Program-made: the position numbers and the translations under genes
Assembly: GCF_009914755.1 (NCBI RefSeq)
Contig: NC_060927.1
Origin: the human T2T-CHM13v2.0 reference genome, Homo sapiens
DNA: 64,000 nucleotides
Direction: 5' to 3' (one strand)
Part shown: in pieces, positions 1 to 10,812 of the stretch
Layout: each line of letters starts with the position of its first letter
How positions within the stretch are numbered: position 1 is the stretch's first letter
The notes under the pieces: generated by a model
What the model saw: the letters and a program-made list of their open reading frames with translations, nothing else
Told to the model about the DNA's origin: nothing
Databases searched by the model: none

Positions 1-339
1 GTACTCTATAAGCACTGAAAGATCCAAGTTATTTTATCATTTGGCAGAAATGGTATTCTTTGTGTCTTCTACCTCCTGCCCACATTCAATAGAATGGATG
101 TTATTTTTAAATGCATTAGTTTTACCTTTCTACAAAGAGAAAGGTGGAGTCAATTATTCTAAGGCAAAAAGGTATTGAAGAAAAATGCAGGAGTCTAAGA
201 CATCAGTCACAAAGAAATATGAACAAGAATAGCTTGGACTTGTATCTCTCCCTCCTGATTAAGCTGGAAGCCCAAAATAGCCTCTAATAATACCATCTGT
301 AACCTCCTTAATCTCTTAGCTTCTTTCTTTACTCAGGTT

Positions 340-1400
340 ATGCTAATCAAATTCTCTTTGTGAAGGTCATCAGTGACAAACGACCTTTTGGTTAACAATG
401 TTCAATGGTCACTTAACAATGCTGTCTTCCACCTTTCAACAGCACTTGATGCCGTCAACCACACTTAGCCACTTGTAGTTCTGCCTCTCTTTATGCAGTA
501 AATAGTACTGCTCTGTTGGTCTTTTTTTATCTTCTACCATCTTCCCTTTAAGTTTCATTTTAGCTGAATTTTCCACTACCATCCCATTATTGTGAAGGCA
601 CACTTTTTTCTCCCTGTGTGTCACCATCAGTGATGTCAACTATTACCTCAATAGGAATGGCCCCAACATCCAAATCTGTAGCCTAAACCACCTCTAAAGA
701 CCCAGCCATTGTCAATTGCTTGCTGGCATTTTCTTCTAGATACCTTTACTTGCACCTTGTCCATTTTTGGCCCAGCTCCTGAAGGCTCCTGGCCTGGACA
801 AATGCACCAAGGTTCTCGTGAAAGAAATGTCCTTGCTTGAGCCTAGTATTCCCACACTTAGATTTGCAGTCACCCCTGCCCACTTTTACTTGCTTGGACT
901 TACTGTGTTTATTTGATCTTTTCTGTGCTTTAGGATATGCCTTTGTTTGATGTGCTGACCTGTGGCTTCCTCCCCTTCTCTCTTTTTAAAAAATCCTGGT
1001 TATTCATCTTATCTCTTTGGTTTTGTTGGATAATTCTATGATTAATCTCCTGGGCAATATTCCCAATAAGCTCAACTTTTTCCACTACCCTACTGGAAAC
1101 ATCTATCCCCTTTAACAAAACCTGTGCTTTAATTAATGTGTTTAAATCTGGGCTTATTATCTTCATCACAAACCCAACTGCATGGCTATTTTTCATTCCT
1201 TTCAAGGCATCAGTATTCTCACAGAATCTCAAGTGCGAAACCTGATTCATCTTTGACTGCTCCCTTTCCTCTACTTCTTACAGTCATTCTGTCAGTTTTC
1301 TTTCTAACTTTTAATCCCCCTATCCTCACTTCCAGTTGTGAAAACCCCTAAATGTTGATCTTATATACCATTTGTGCCTGTGCAGACTTCTTAATAACTA
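340..1400 (+). mobile_element. L2 LINE remnant (RT-region and downstream fragments), interrupted ~760-1130
   Basis: aggtcatcagtgac...tcaatggtcac...tcaacagcacttgatgccgtcaaccac resembles the degenerate L2 ORF2 consensus (recalled); boundaries approximate. Confidence 0.5.
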
Positions 1401-1619
1401 TGATCAGAATTTGGTTTATTTTAATTGCAAACATGCATTGTTCTTTGCATTTTAACTGCTTATAAGACAACCAGATCACTCATGAGTGAAATAAAAAAGA
1501 AATAAGGACTAAGATCTCTTTTGTTTCTCTTCAGTGTCATTTACTTACAACAACCTAACAAAGAGTTATAAATTGACTATTTAAAATGGTGTAGTACAGT
1601 TTTTAGTACATTGGCCTTC

Positions 1620-2340
1620 ATTTACACAAAACATAAGACTCTAGCTGTGTTAAGCAGGAAGTGACTTAATATAGAGAATTAAGTTAAATAAAAAATTGGC
1701 AGAAGGGCTCGGGCCTTTGGCTGTGCCATGAATACCTCTTAGAAGAACGTTGTGGGATCAGCCCATATAGAAGCTATAACTCTCATCAGAAAGCTACCAA
1801 TTGGGAGTGTAAGCTCAAAATGCAAACTCATTTGGCCAGGTTCCAGGGGTCAGGAAGCCACTGCCATGTTTTTGGAGAGATGCCAAGCCTTCTAGCTATC
1901 TACTGAGGAAAGAAACAAATGTTCTATGCCTTGCCTCTTGACACCCATAAAGACAATGATGTTGACGCTGTTGCGGAAAAACCCAATATCATTCCAACCA
2001 TGTTGCTGCCTTACTTTTGTATTCCAAATCTCATGGAAATGAGTCTAATTGCATTCTATGTAGAGTTATAGCTTCTGTGTGGGCTAATCCCACAATGTTG
2101 TTCTAAGAGGTATTCATGGCACAGCCAAAGGCCCAAGCCCTTCTGCCAATTTTTTATTTAACTTAATTCTCTATATTAAGTCACTTCCTGCTAATTTAGT
2201 TGAGCCTAAAGATGATTTGGACCTACAAAAGAGTCAGAGAAATGCAACTTATGGCTAGTCAGGCTCTGTAGAACACTGAAGCATATGAGAAGGGATATGA
2301 GATTCCTGTTGGAAGCCAATCTGGCATAGCCATTACAAAC
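1620..2340 (-). mobile_element. old ERVL-MaLR LTR (MLT1J/K/L/N-like), carrying an internal inverted duplication
   Basis: ctctagctgtgttaagcaggaa... and ...gagtctaatt/ttgagcctaaa motifs typical of reversed old MLT1 LTRs; subfamily uncertain. Confidence 0.4.
1653..2192. repeat. inverted repeat, 131-bp arms (1653-1783 and 2062-2192), 278-bp spacer
   Basis: Reverse complement of 2062-2192 aligns ungapped to 1653-1783 with 6 mismatches. Confidence 0.95.
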
Positions 2341-3568
2341 ATTTATGGAGGATGTTTAACTGTTTTCTCATTGTGAAATTAATATGGACTTATTACTGAA
2401 AATGGTTAACTGAGAAAAATATAAAGAAAAAAATGAAATCTCTAAGTATACTGAGAACACTTTGATATACCCATTTTTTTAGGTCAAACTTTAAAACAAA
2501 CTGCGACATTAAGGGATCTTATATTTAGTTGTTATTCGTAAAGTCCTTTGCAATCTTGGAATCTCTATTAGCCAAAACAATTTGGCTACCCCTTTCCATT
2601 TAATCTACATTGTATTCAAAATTTCACTTAGAGCATATTTCAGTTTTCTGTTTACCAGAGTTACCAGATGTAATTCAGAGCAACAACAACCAAATAGCCA
2701 TCATTTTTTCTACACTGAATTAAATCCATAACCTAAAATTTTATTTTCTTTAACTTTTCTTGGCAAGGTGATACTTTGCAAAGTGCTACCAAGTACAGAA
2801 AACTAATAAAAGATCTAAGTAGCAGTATATATTTTAATACATACATATAATGAATCGATATCAATTATATATATTAAAATACATATTATACACATATATA
2901 TGTACATTGAAAAATTAATACAAGAAAGTCTGTTGCCTAAAGGAGAGATGGTTTGGGATTTTTAAAAACAAAATTATAAAAAGTCAAGTTCAAAACACTC
3001 ATCATAACCAAATCCAATTTCCTAATCTTTAGATTGACATTCCCAAATTGCTGCAAAGATTTGTAAAAACAATGTTCCCATTTTGTCAATATAAACTGCA
3101 AGAAAAAGAATATATTAGAAGGCCCTAGAATGAGTTAATATCTCTGGATAACCAAGTCTCACACTGATTCTGTCACAATCAATGTGAAAAATTGGATCTA
3201 TAATTAAGGTTTAGACAATGAAGCATTTATTAGTTGGCTACGCCACAGAGGTGAAGGATTGGGTAGGGGAAGGTAGGTTGAGGAAAAAAGACTCTAACTA
3301 ATTCTAACTTTCTCAAACTAACTTTCTGTTCTTTTCCAGAAATTGAATTACTTGCTACTACCATCCCCAAATAATACTTGACTGTCCAAGGTAGGGGAGT
3401 ATTATGAACTGAATTCTATCACCCAAGATTTACATGTTGAAGTCCTTACCTCCAGTACCTCAGAATGTGACTGTATTTGAAGAGAGGGCTTTAAAGAGAT
3501 AATTAAGTTAAAATGAGGTCTTTAGAGTGAGCTCTAACCCAATCTAACTGATGTAAGTTAAAAAGAGA

Positions 3569-3641
3569 TTGGACTTACTGTATTTATGTGATCCGTTCTG
3601 TGCTTTAGCATATGCCTTTGTTTGATGTGCCGATCTGTGGC
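3569..3641 (+). repeat. 73-bp dispersed direct copy of 894-966
   Basis: Ungapped alignment with 7 mismatches in 73 nt. Confidence 0.9.
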
Positions 3642-3714
3642 ACCCACAGTGAGAGTCACCATGTATGTGTGTAAACAGAGAAAAGGCCATGTGAGGACAT
3701 AGCAAGAAAGCAGT

Positions 3715-4079
3715 TGTCTCAGTAAGTTGAGGTTGCTAACAGAATACCATAAACTTGGTGTTCCAAAAAATAGAAATTTATTTCTCACAGTTCTAGAAAC
3801 CAGGAAGTCCAAGATCAAGGTGCTGTTAGATCTGGTGTCTGGTAAGAGTATTCTTCCTGGCTTGCAGATAGCTGCTTTCTCATTTTATCTTCATGTGGCT
3901 GAGAGAGAGAGAGTAATATCGCTCATGTCTTTTCATATAAGGGTACTAATCCCATTCACGAGGGCTCCACCATCATGACCTAATTACCTTCCAAATCCAC
4001 ACCTCCAAATGTGACCACATTGAGAATTTTGGCTTCAACATATGAATTTTCGGGAAACACAAATACTCAGTCCACAGCA
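3715..4079 (-). mobile_element. MLT1A0-like solo LTR nested in MLT1B
   Basis: tgtctcag...tttatttctcacagttctaga...aagtccaagatcaaggtg...taagggtactaatcccattcacgagggctccacc...cagtccacagca. Confidence 0.8.
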
Positions 4080-4230
4080 GAGGCCATCTGCAAGCCAAGA
4101 AGAGAAGCCTTAGAAGAAACCAAACATGCTGACACCATGATTTTGGATTTCCAGCCTCTGGAACTGTGAGAAAATAGGTTTCTGTTGTTTAAGCCACTCA
4201 GTCCATGGTATTTTGTTATGGCAGCCCTAG

Positions 4231-4530
<300 letters not shown>

Positions 4531-4556
4531 TGTTTGATACTCCTCTTTTTATAGAA

Positions 4557-4816
4557 AAGTGGTTCTCAAAAACAGGTAATTTTGCTTCCTCTAGGGGACG
4601 TTGGGCAATGTCTAGAGATGTTTTGATTGCCACATTTGGTAGGGGTGAGGTTCTGCTGGCATCTAATGCATAGAGGCCCAGAATGCTGCTAAACATCTTA
4701 TGATACACAGGACAGTCTCCTCCTAAAAATTCCATCTCCCCCAAACTGCCTCACCCCTAGTCATAAGGAATCATTTAGTCCAAAATCTCAGTAGTGCTGA
4801 GGTTGAAAAATCCTGC
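4557..4816 (+). mobile_element. MER20 (hAT-Charlie MITE)
   Basis: agtggttctcaa...ggggacgttgggcaatgtctagaga...ctgctggcatcta...atgctgctaaacatc...gtgctgaggttgaaaaatcctg. Confidence 0.85.
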
Positions 4817-5194
4817 TATTATGGCATGAAATTTTCCTGACCGTCTTCCTGATTTGGGTGTGAGGACCTTTACTTTTTTCTTGTTTGTTGAACCTACACA
4901 GTCGTTTCTGCACCAGTTAATTATCTTGTGCTAGATACTTTCAACAGTTAGCTAGTGGATGCTTTCACTAATGATTCCCATCAGGCTACTTGTTCCTACC
5001 TGTGATGAACTTACTGGAATGGGAACTTTTCACTTTACAATTAGCAGAATGGAAACATTTCTGCTACGTCTCTTTTCACAAAACACAGAAAGCAGAAATC
5101 TTGGAATGTATCTCCTTTTCAATATATAGGACAAATAGACTCATTCTTTTTGGCTACAATGCACTGTATACAAATTTATTATAACAATTAATCA

Positions 5195-5509
<315 letters not shown>

Positions 5510-5685
5510 TTAAATAAGCTTTATTTAGTGAATAGGAATTTTAAAAGTGAGCCAGGACAGAACTTTGAGATAATGAGTGTGCAGTCACTTGAAGTTCAAT
5601 TTTCATCATACGTATTATCTTGTGTTATTTTCCTTTTCTCTTCCTCCTTCCGTGTTATCTATATCTAGTCACCAAATTCTTCTTT

Positions 5686-5731
5686 GCAAGAAAGGTAAGG
5701 ATATTAAAGCAAAAAAGGTAAGGATATTAAA
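5686..5731. repeat. 23-bp tandem duplication
   Basis: gcaagaaaggtaaggatattaaa / gcaaaaaaggtaaggatattaaa. Confidence 0.9.
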
Positions 5732-6569
5732 ACCTGAGAAGCTGAATTAATGTAAGTGTGATCTATCCCCACTAGGTGACATTGGATCTCCGCACCAGGG
5801 GCTGTTAAGGCATCAGCAGATACAAATAAGCTCTTTCTCTAATTGTAGCTAGAGGACAGCCTAGAACCACCAAGTATTGGAACTGCCATGTCTCATCTGC
5901 TTCCAATATACCAAATTGCGTTGTAACTGAAGACAAACCAGTCATTTTGCTATCCTCTCTCTGAAATCCAGCAGAACATAGTATAAATGTTGGAACTTTT
6001 GAGGCTGGGGATGACCACAGAGTTGATTTAGTAGTGAAATGAAGGGTATCACCATTGCTTGCCCCAGGCTTCATTTTCCTTCCTAGAGCTATGACACTTG
6101 TTATAAGGAAGTGAGGATTATAATTACAAAAAAAAAAAAAAGCTGTTCAAAATGTAAAGTAGATAGAAGTATGTTAACTAATATCATTTATTATCTTCTT
6201 CTGGAAAGTAATTAGCATTTCAGAGAAAATAAGCAATTTTCTGATAGATTTAATAAGATTACAATTTCTCCTGGGGAGTTAATTACCCATTCATACTACA
6301 AACAGAAGTTAAATTTTTTTTAACTGGACATTTCTTTACTACCTCCTTTATTTTTTATAAAAAGGAGAAAATTTTGAGTTTATCTTCTTAGAATCTACTC
6401 CTTTGAAGCAAATTAGACATAAACTTTGATTCTTGCTTGTTATTAATTTGTCTTAGGATTTTTCATTTTAGTATTCTACCCCACCAGGAGGTAACCATTC
6501 TCTTACTATATACTGGAAAGAAGGTACCATGACCTATAACAACTTAGTAAGGTTCTCCTTGACAGGACT

Positions 6570-7392
6570 TCAAAAGGTACCCAGGGAGGTTTCTGCCAAC
6601 AGCCATGATGAGACAACTGATACTGAACTGGTTTTCTCACCATAAATAACTAGAGAACTGGGGTGCAAAGGGGAAGACAACTATTTTCAGGTATTGGAAA
6701 ACTGACAATACAGACTGTGATAAGGGAAAGAAATGATGTGAGACCTGTAGTTACCTTGACTCTGTGAGACAATTTCTGGACAATGGTGGAGGGAAAGGTA
6801 CACAAAATTTAACATAAAAATCTCATGGAATTGAAGAGGAAGAAATCAATTAGGGAAAATTGAGGGAATTGAAATTTGTGAGACAGAGTGCAAAAGAGAG
6901 TGGGTTATACAGAAAGAGAGTTCCAGAGATTGGCATAGGGCTTTCTTTATCTGAATACATAGCTGTACTAGCATGAGGCAAGAATCTATAAGGCTGGACA
7001 AAGAAAAAGGAATATGAAAGCTGAGCAATCTTCAAAGCTCATTAGGGCTAAAATACATTTGAGCTCTGACAAGTCAGAGTAGAGACACTTCAATGAATGC
7101 CTGAGGCATTCAGTAGAAACCCCAGAAAGGTTATACATTAGTAGATGAGCTAAAGTAGCCCTGAAGTAAAGTCTACTGAGACATAGGCTAATGAAGCTAA
7201 AAAAAAAAAGCTAACTTGAAATGACTAAACTGATCTGCAAGAAATGTAACTGCATACCAAACAAAACTCAACATGCTTTAAATCAACACACACAAAAAAT
7301 GGACATTTAACAATACAGCATTTAGTGTCTAACATCCAATAGAAAATTACTAGACATGGGAATAAACAGGAGAACGTGAACCATGACCAGGA
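6570..7392 (+). mobile_element. old L1M (L1MC/MD/ME-type) 5' region, truncated by the satellite
   Basis: tgtctaacatccaatagaaaattactagacatgggaataaacaggagaacgtgaaccatgaccagga resembles the L1M 5'UTR/ORF1-start motif (recalled). Confidence 0.65.
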
Positions 7393-9746
7393 TCGCAGGG
7401 GCTGTACACCTTGTAATATTATTCATAATATCCTAATGAAATGTTACCTCTAAAGTCACAGGGGGTGTACACAGTATGATATGGTTCCCAATATGGTAGG
7501 GGGATGTTACTCCTAATATCACAGAGGGTATTCACACTGTGATAATATTCGTAATATCCTAAATGGATGTTACTGCTAACGTCACAACACGTGTGCATCC
7601 TCTGTATTTGTTCCTTATATCCTTGGGCGAGGTTACTCCTACTGTCACACGGGGTGTACTCCCTGTGATATTATTCATAATATCCTAGGTGGATGTTACT
7701 CCTCGTGTCACAGGGGCTGTGCATCTTGTGATATTATTCACAATATCCTAGAAAGATGTTACTCCTCAGGTCACAGGGGATGTACACCCTGTGATATTCT
7801 TTGTACTATCCTAGGGGACGTTACTCCAAATGTCACAGAAGGTGTACACTCTGTGATATTACTCGTAATGTGTCAGGGAAATGTTCTCCTAACGCCACAG
7901 GGCATGTGCACCATGTGTGCACAGCCCCTGTGATGTTGTTTGTAATATTCTGGAGGGATGTGAATCCTAATATTCCATATGGTGTTAGCCATGTGCGAAC
8001 ACCTTTGTGGTATTATTCCTAACATACTAGAAGGATGTAACACTTAACATCACACGGGGTATACGCCATGTGTGTACACATTCTGTGATATTATTCATAA
8101 CATCGTAGGGAGATGCTACTCCTAATTTTACAAGGTGCATACATTATATGTGTACTCCCTCTCTGATGTTATTCATAATATTCTAGGGGAATGTTGCTGC
8201 TAATGTCACAGGGAGAGTATACCATGTGTATGCAACCCTGGTAATATTATTTCTAAAATCTTGGGGTGATGTTGCTCCTAATGTCACCTGGAGTGTCCAC
8301 CATGTGTGTACACCTTCTGTGATATTATTCGTAAATCACAGAAAAAGATTACACCTAATGTAACAGGGTGCGCACACCGTGTGCGTCAACAGCCTTTGAT
8401 ATTATTCATAATACACTAGGGGGATGTGACTTTTAATGTCACAAAGGGTGTACAAAATGTCACAGGGTGGGTACGCCTTATGATATTATTCCCGATATCC
8501 AGAGGGATGTTACTCCTAAGGTCACAGGGGGTGTACACCCTTCGATACTATTTATAGTCTTATAGGGAGATATTACTGTAAATCTCACAGTGGGTGTACA
8601 CTATGTACACTATGTGTACACTCACTGTGATATTATTTGTAATATCTCAGAGATATTACAGAGTTATCACTCTCTGTGTTATATTAGAGAGTTATATCTC
8701 TCTAAGACAGTATAAATAATACCACAGTGGGTATACCTCATGTGTGTACAACCTGTGATATTATTTGTAATATTGATGGTAAACATTAAATCTATTATCA
8801 CAGTGAGAGTACTCCCTTTGATATGTCTCATACTGTCATAGATATTGCTTCTAATATCACAGTGGGTGTACACCTTATATCCTAGGGAGATATCTCTCCA
8901 AATATCACAGTGTGTGTACACCTTGTGATATTATTCATAATGTCCTAGAAGGATGTTACTCCTAATATGGCAGAGGGTGTACACCCAGTGATATTCTTTG
9001 TAATATCCTAGGGAGATGTTACTCCTAATGTCACATGGGGTGTACACCCATGATATTACTCGTAATATTCTAGGGGGATGTTACTTGAAAAGTCACAGGG
9101 GGCGTACACCGTGTGATGTTGTTCGTAACATCCTAAGAAGATGTTACCCTTAATGTCACATGGGGTGTGCACCCTGTGATATTACTCGGAATATCTTATG
9201 GGGATGCTACTCCTAATGTCACAGGCTGTGTACACCCTGTGATATTATTCGGAATATCCACAGAGGTGTTACCTTTAATGTCACAGATGGGGTCCACGCT
9301 TTGATATTTTTTGTCATACCTTAGGAAGATATTACTTCAAATATCACATTGGGTGTACACCCACTGTGATGTTATTCGCAATACCCTAGGGAGATATAAC
9401 TTTTAATATCACAGTAGGTACACCTACTGTGATACTATACCTAATATCCTAAAAATTAATAAGACTCCTAATATCACAGTTGGTGTACACACTGTGATAT
9501 TATTCGTAATATTCCAGTGGGATGTTACTCCTCAGGTCACAGGGGGTTAATACCCTGGGACAGTATTCCTCATAATGCAGGGTGGTGATACTCCTAAAGT
9601 CACATGGTGTGTGCCCCCTGTGATATTATTCATCCTATTCTAGGTGGATATTACTCCTAATGTCACAGAAATGTACACCCTGTGATATTATTCATAGTAT
9701 ACCAGAGGGATATTAGTACTAAAGTCACAATGCCTGTACACCTTGT
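7393..9746. repeat. SATR2-like tandem satellite, ~62-63-bp unit with ~80-bp variants, roughly 35 degenerate copies
   Basis: Unit ~cacagggggtgtacaccctgtgatattattcgtaatatcctagggggatgttactcctaatgt; unit starts at 7646, 7709, 7772, 7834, 7896 give period 62-63; family name from recalled consensus. Confidence 0.88.
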
Positions 9747-9998
9747 TTTTACTATACCCTTTCTATGTTTAGATACACACCTACCTTTGTGTTACAACTG
9801 TCTACAGTATTCAGTACAGTAACATGATGTACAAATTTGTAGACTACAAGCAATAAGCTATACCATAGACTCTAGGGGTGTAGTAGGCTATGCAATCTCA
9901 GTTTGTGTAAGTGCATTCTATGATGTTTACAGAAGAACAGAACTGCTTAGTGATGCATTTCTCTGAATGTATCCCCATATTTAAGCAAGATATGACTG
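9747..9998. mobile_element. Tigger3 family (Tigger3a/MER7A-like) right-hand portion only
   Basis: ctatgtttagatac...cagtattcagtacagtaacatg...gcatttctctgaatgtatcccc...atgactg|TA; homologous to the end of the Tigger3b at 31380-31630. Confidence 0.85.
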
Positions 9999-10000
9999 TA

Positions 10001-10589
10001 CAGTTGGTGCTTGAACAACTCAGGGGTTGGTGGTGCTGACTTCCTAGGCAGTCAAATCAACAATTTTTGACTCCCCCAAATCTTAACTAGTAATAGCCTA
10101 TTATTAACCAGAATGCCTTATCAATAATATAAACAGTTAACATACATTTTGTACGTTATGTGCATTATATATTGTACTCTTACAACAAAGTAATCTGGAG
10201 AAAAAATGTTATTAAGAAAATCATAGAGCTGGGTGCAATGGCTGAACCTGTAATCCTAACTACTCAAGAGGCAAAAGAGAGGGAATTGTTTGAGCTCAGG
10301 GGTTCGGGAGTTTAAATCCAACCTGGGTAACATAAGGAGACCCTGTCTCTTAAAAAAAAAAAAAAAAAAAGAAAAGAAAAAAATTGTAAGGAAGAAAAAA
10401 TATATTTACTATGTATTCAGTAAAAGTAGATCCTTATAAAGGTCTTCATTCTCATCATTTTCACTTGACTAGGCTGAGGAGAAGGGGAAGGACAAGGGGT
10501 TGGTCTTGCTGTCTCAGAGGTGGAAGAGGCAAAGGAAAGTTCATGTACAAGTGGACTCACAGTTCAAACTTGTGTTTAAGGGTCAGCTA
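10001..10589. mobile_element. Tigger2a (MER28) DNA transposon MITE
   Basis: TA|cagttggtgcttgaacaac...ttgactcccccaaatcttaactagtaatagcc...aagtggactcacagttcaaac...aagggtcagcta|TA. Confidence 0.85.
10226..10383 (+). mobile_element. free left Alu monomer (FLAM-like) inserted in Tigger2a
   Basis: gagctgggtgcaatggc...cctgtaatcctaactactc...ccaacctgggtaacataaggagaccctgtctct + long A-rich tail. Confidence 0.8.
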
Positions 10590-10624
10590 TATCTTAGTTA
10601 ATAAGGATGTTCATCTGAAATCCT

Positions 10625-10812
10625 CCACAGCTACTTTTGCCACGCTCCAGTAAGTGTATATCACCCGGAGGGCTTGTTAAAGTACAAAGTAGTCATTCTC
10701 ACCCACAGTTTCCGATTCAACAGGTCTGGGATGGGGCTCAGAATATACATTTCTAACAAGCTCACAGGCAATGCTGATGGGCTTGGTTCAAGAACCACCC
10801 TTAGAGAACCTC
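10625..10812 (-). mobile_element. MER5A (hAT-Charlie)
   Basis: tcacccggagggcttgttaaa...gattcaacaggtctgggatggggctcaga...catttctaacaagctc...agagaacc. Confidence 0.8.

Noticed and set aside
7393-9746. CRISPR-like array (palindromic repeats at regular spacing)
   Set aside because: The whole unit is repeated with no unique spacers, there are no cas genes, and the context is primate; it is a satellite. ORFs 7801-8022 and 8679-8921 are by-products.
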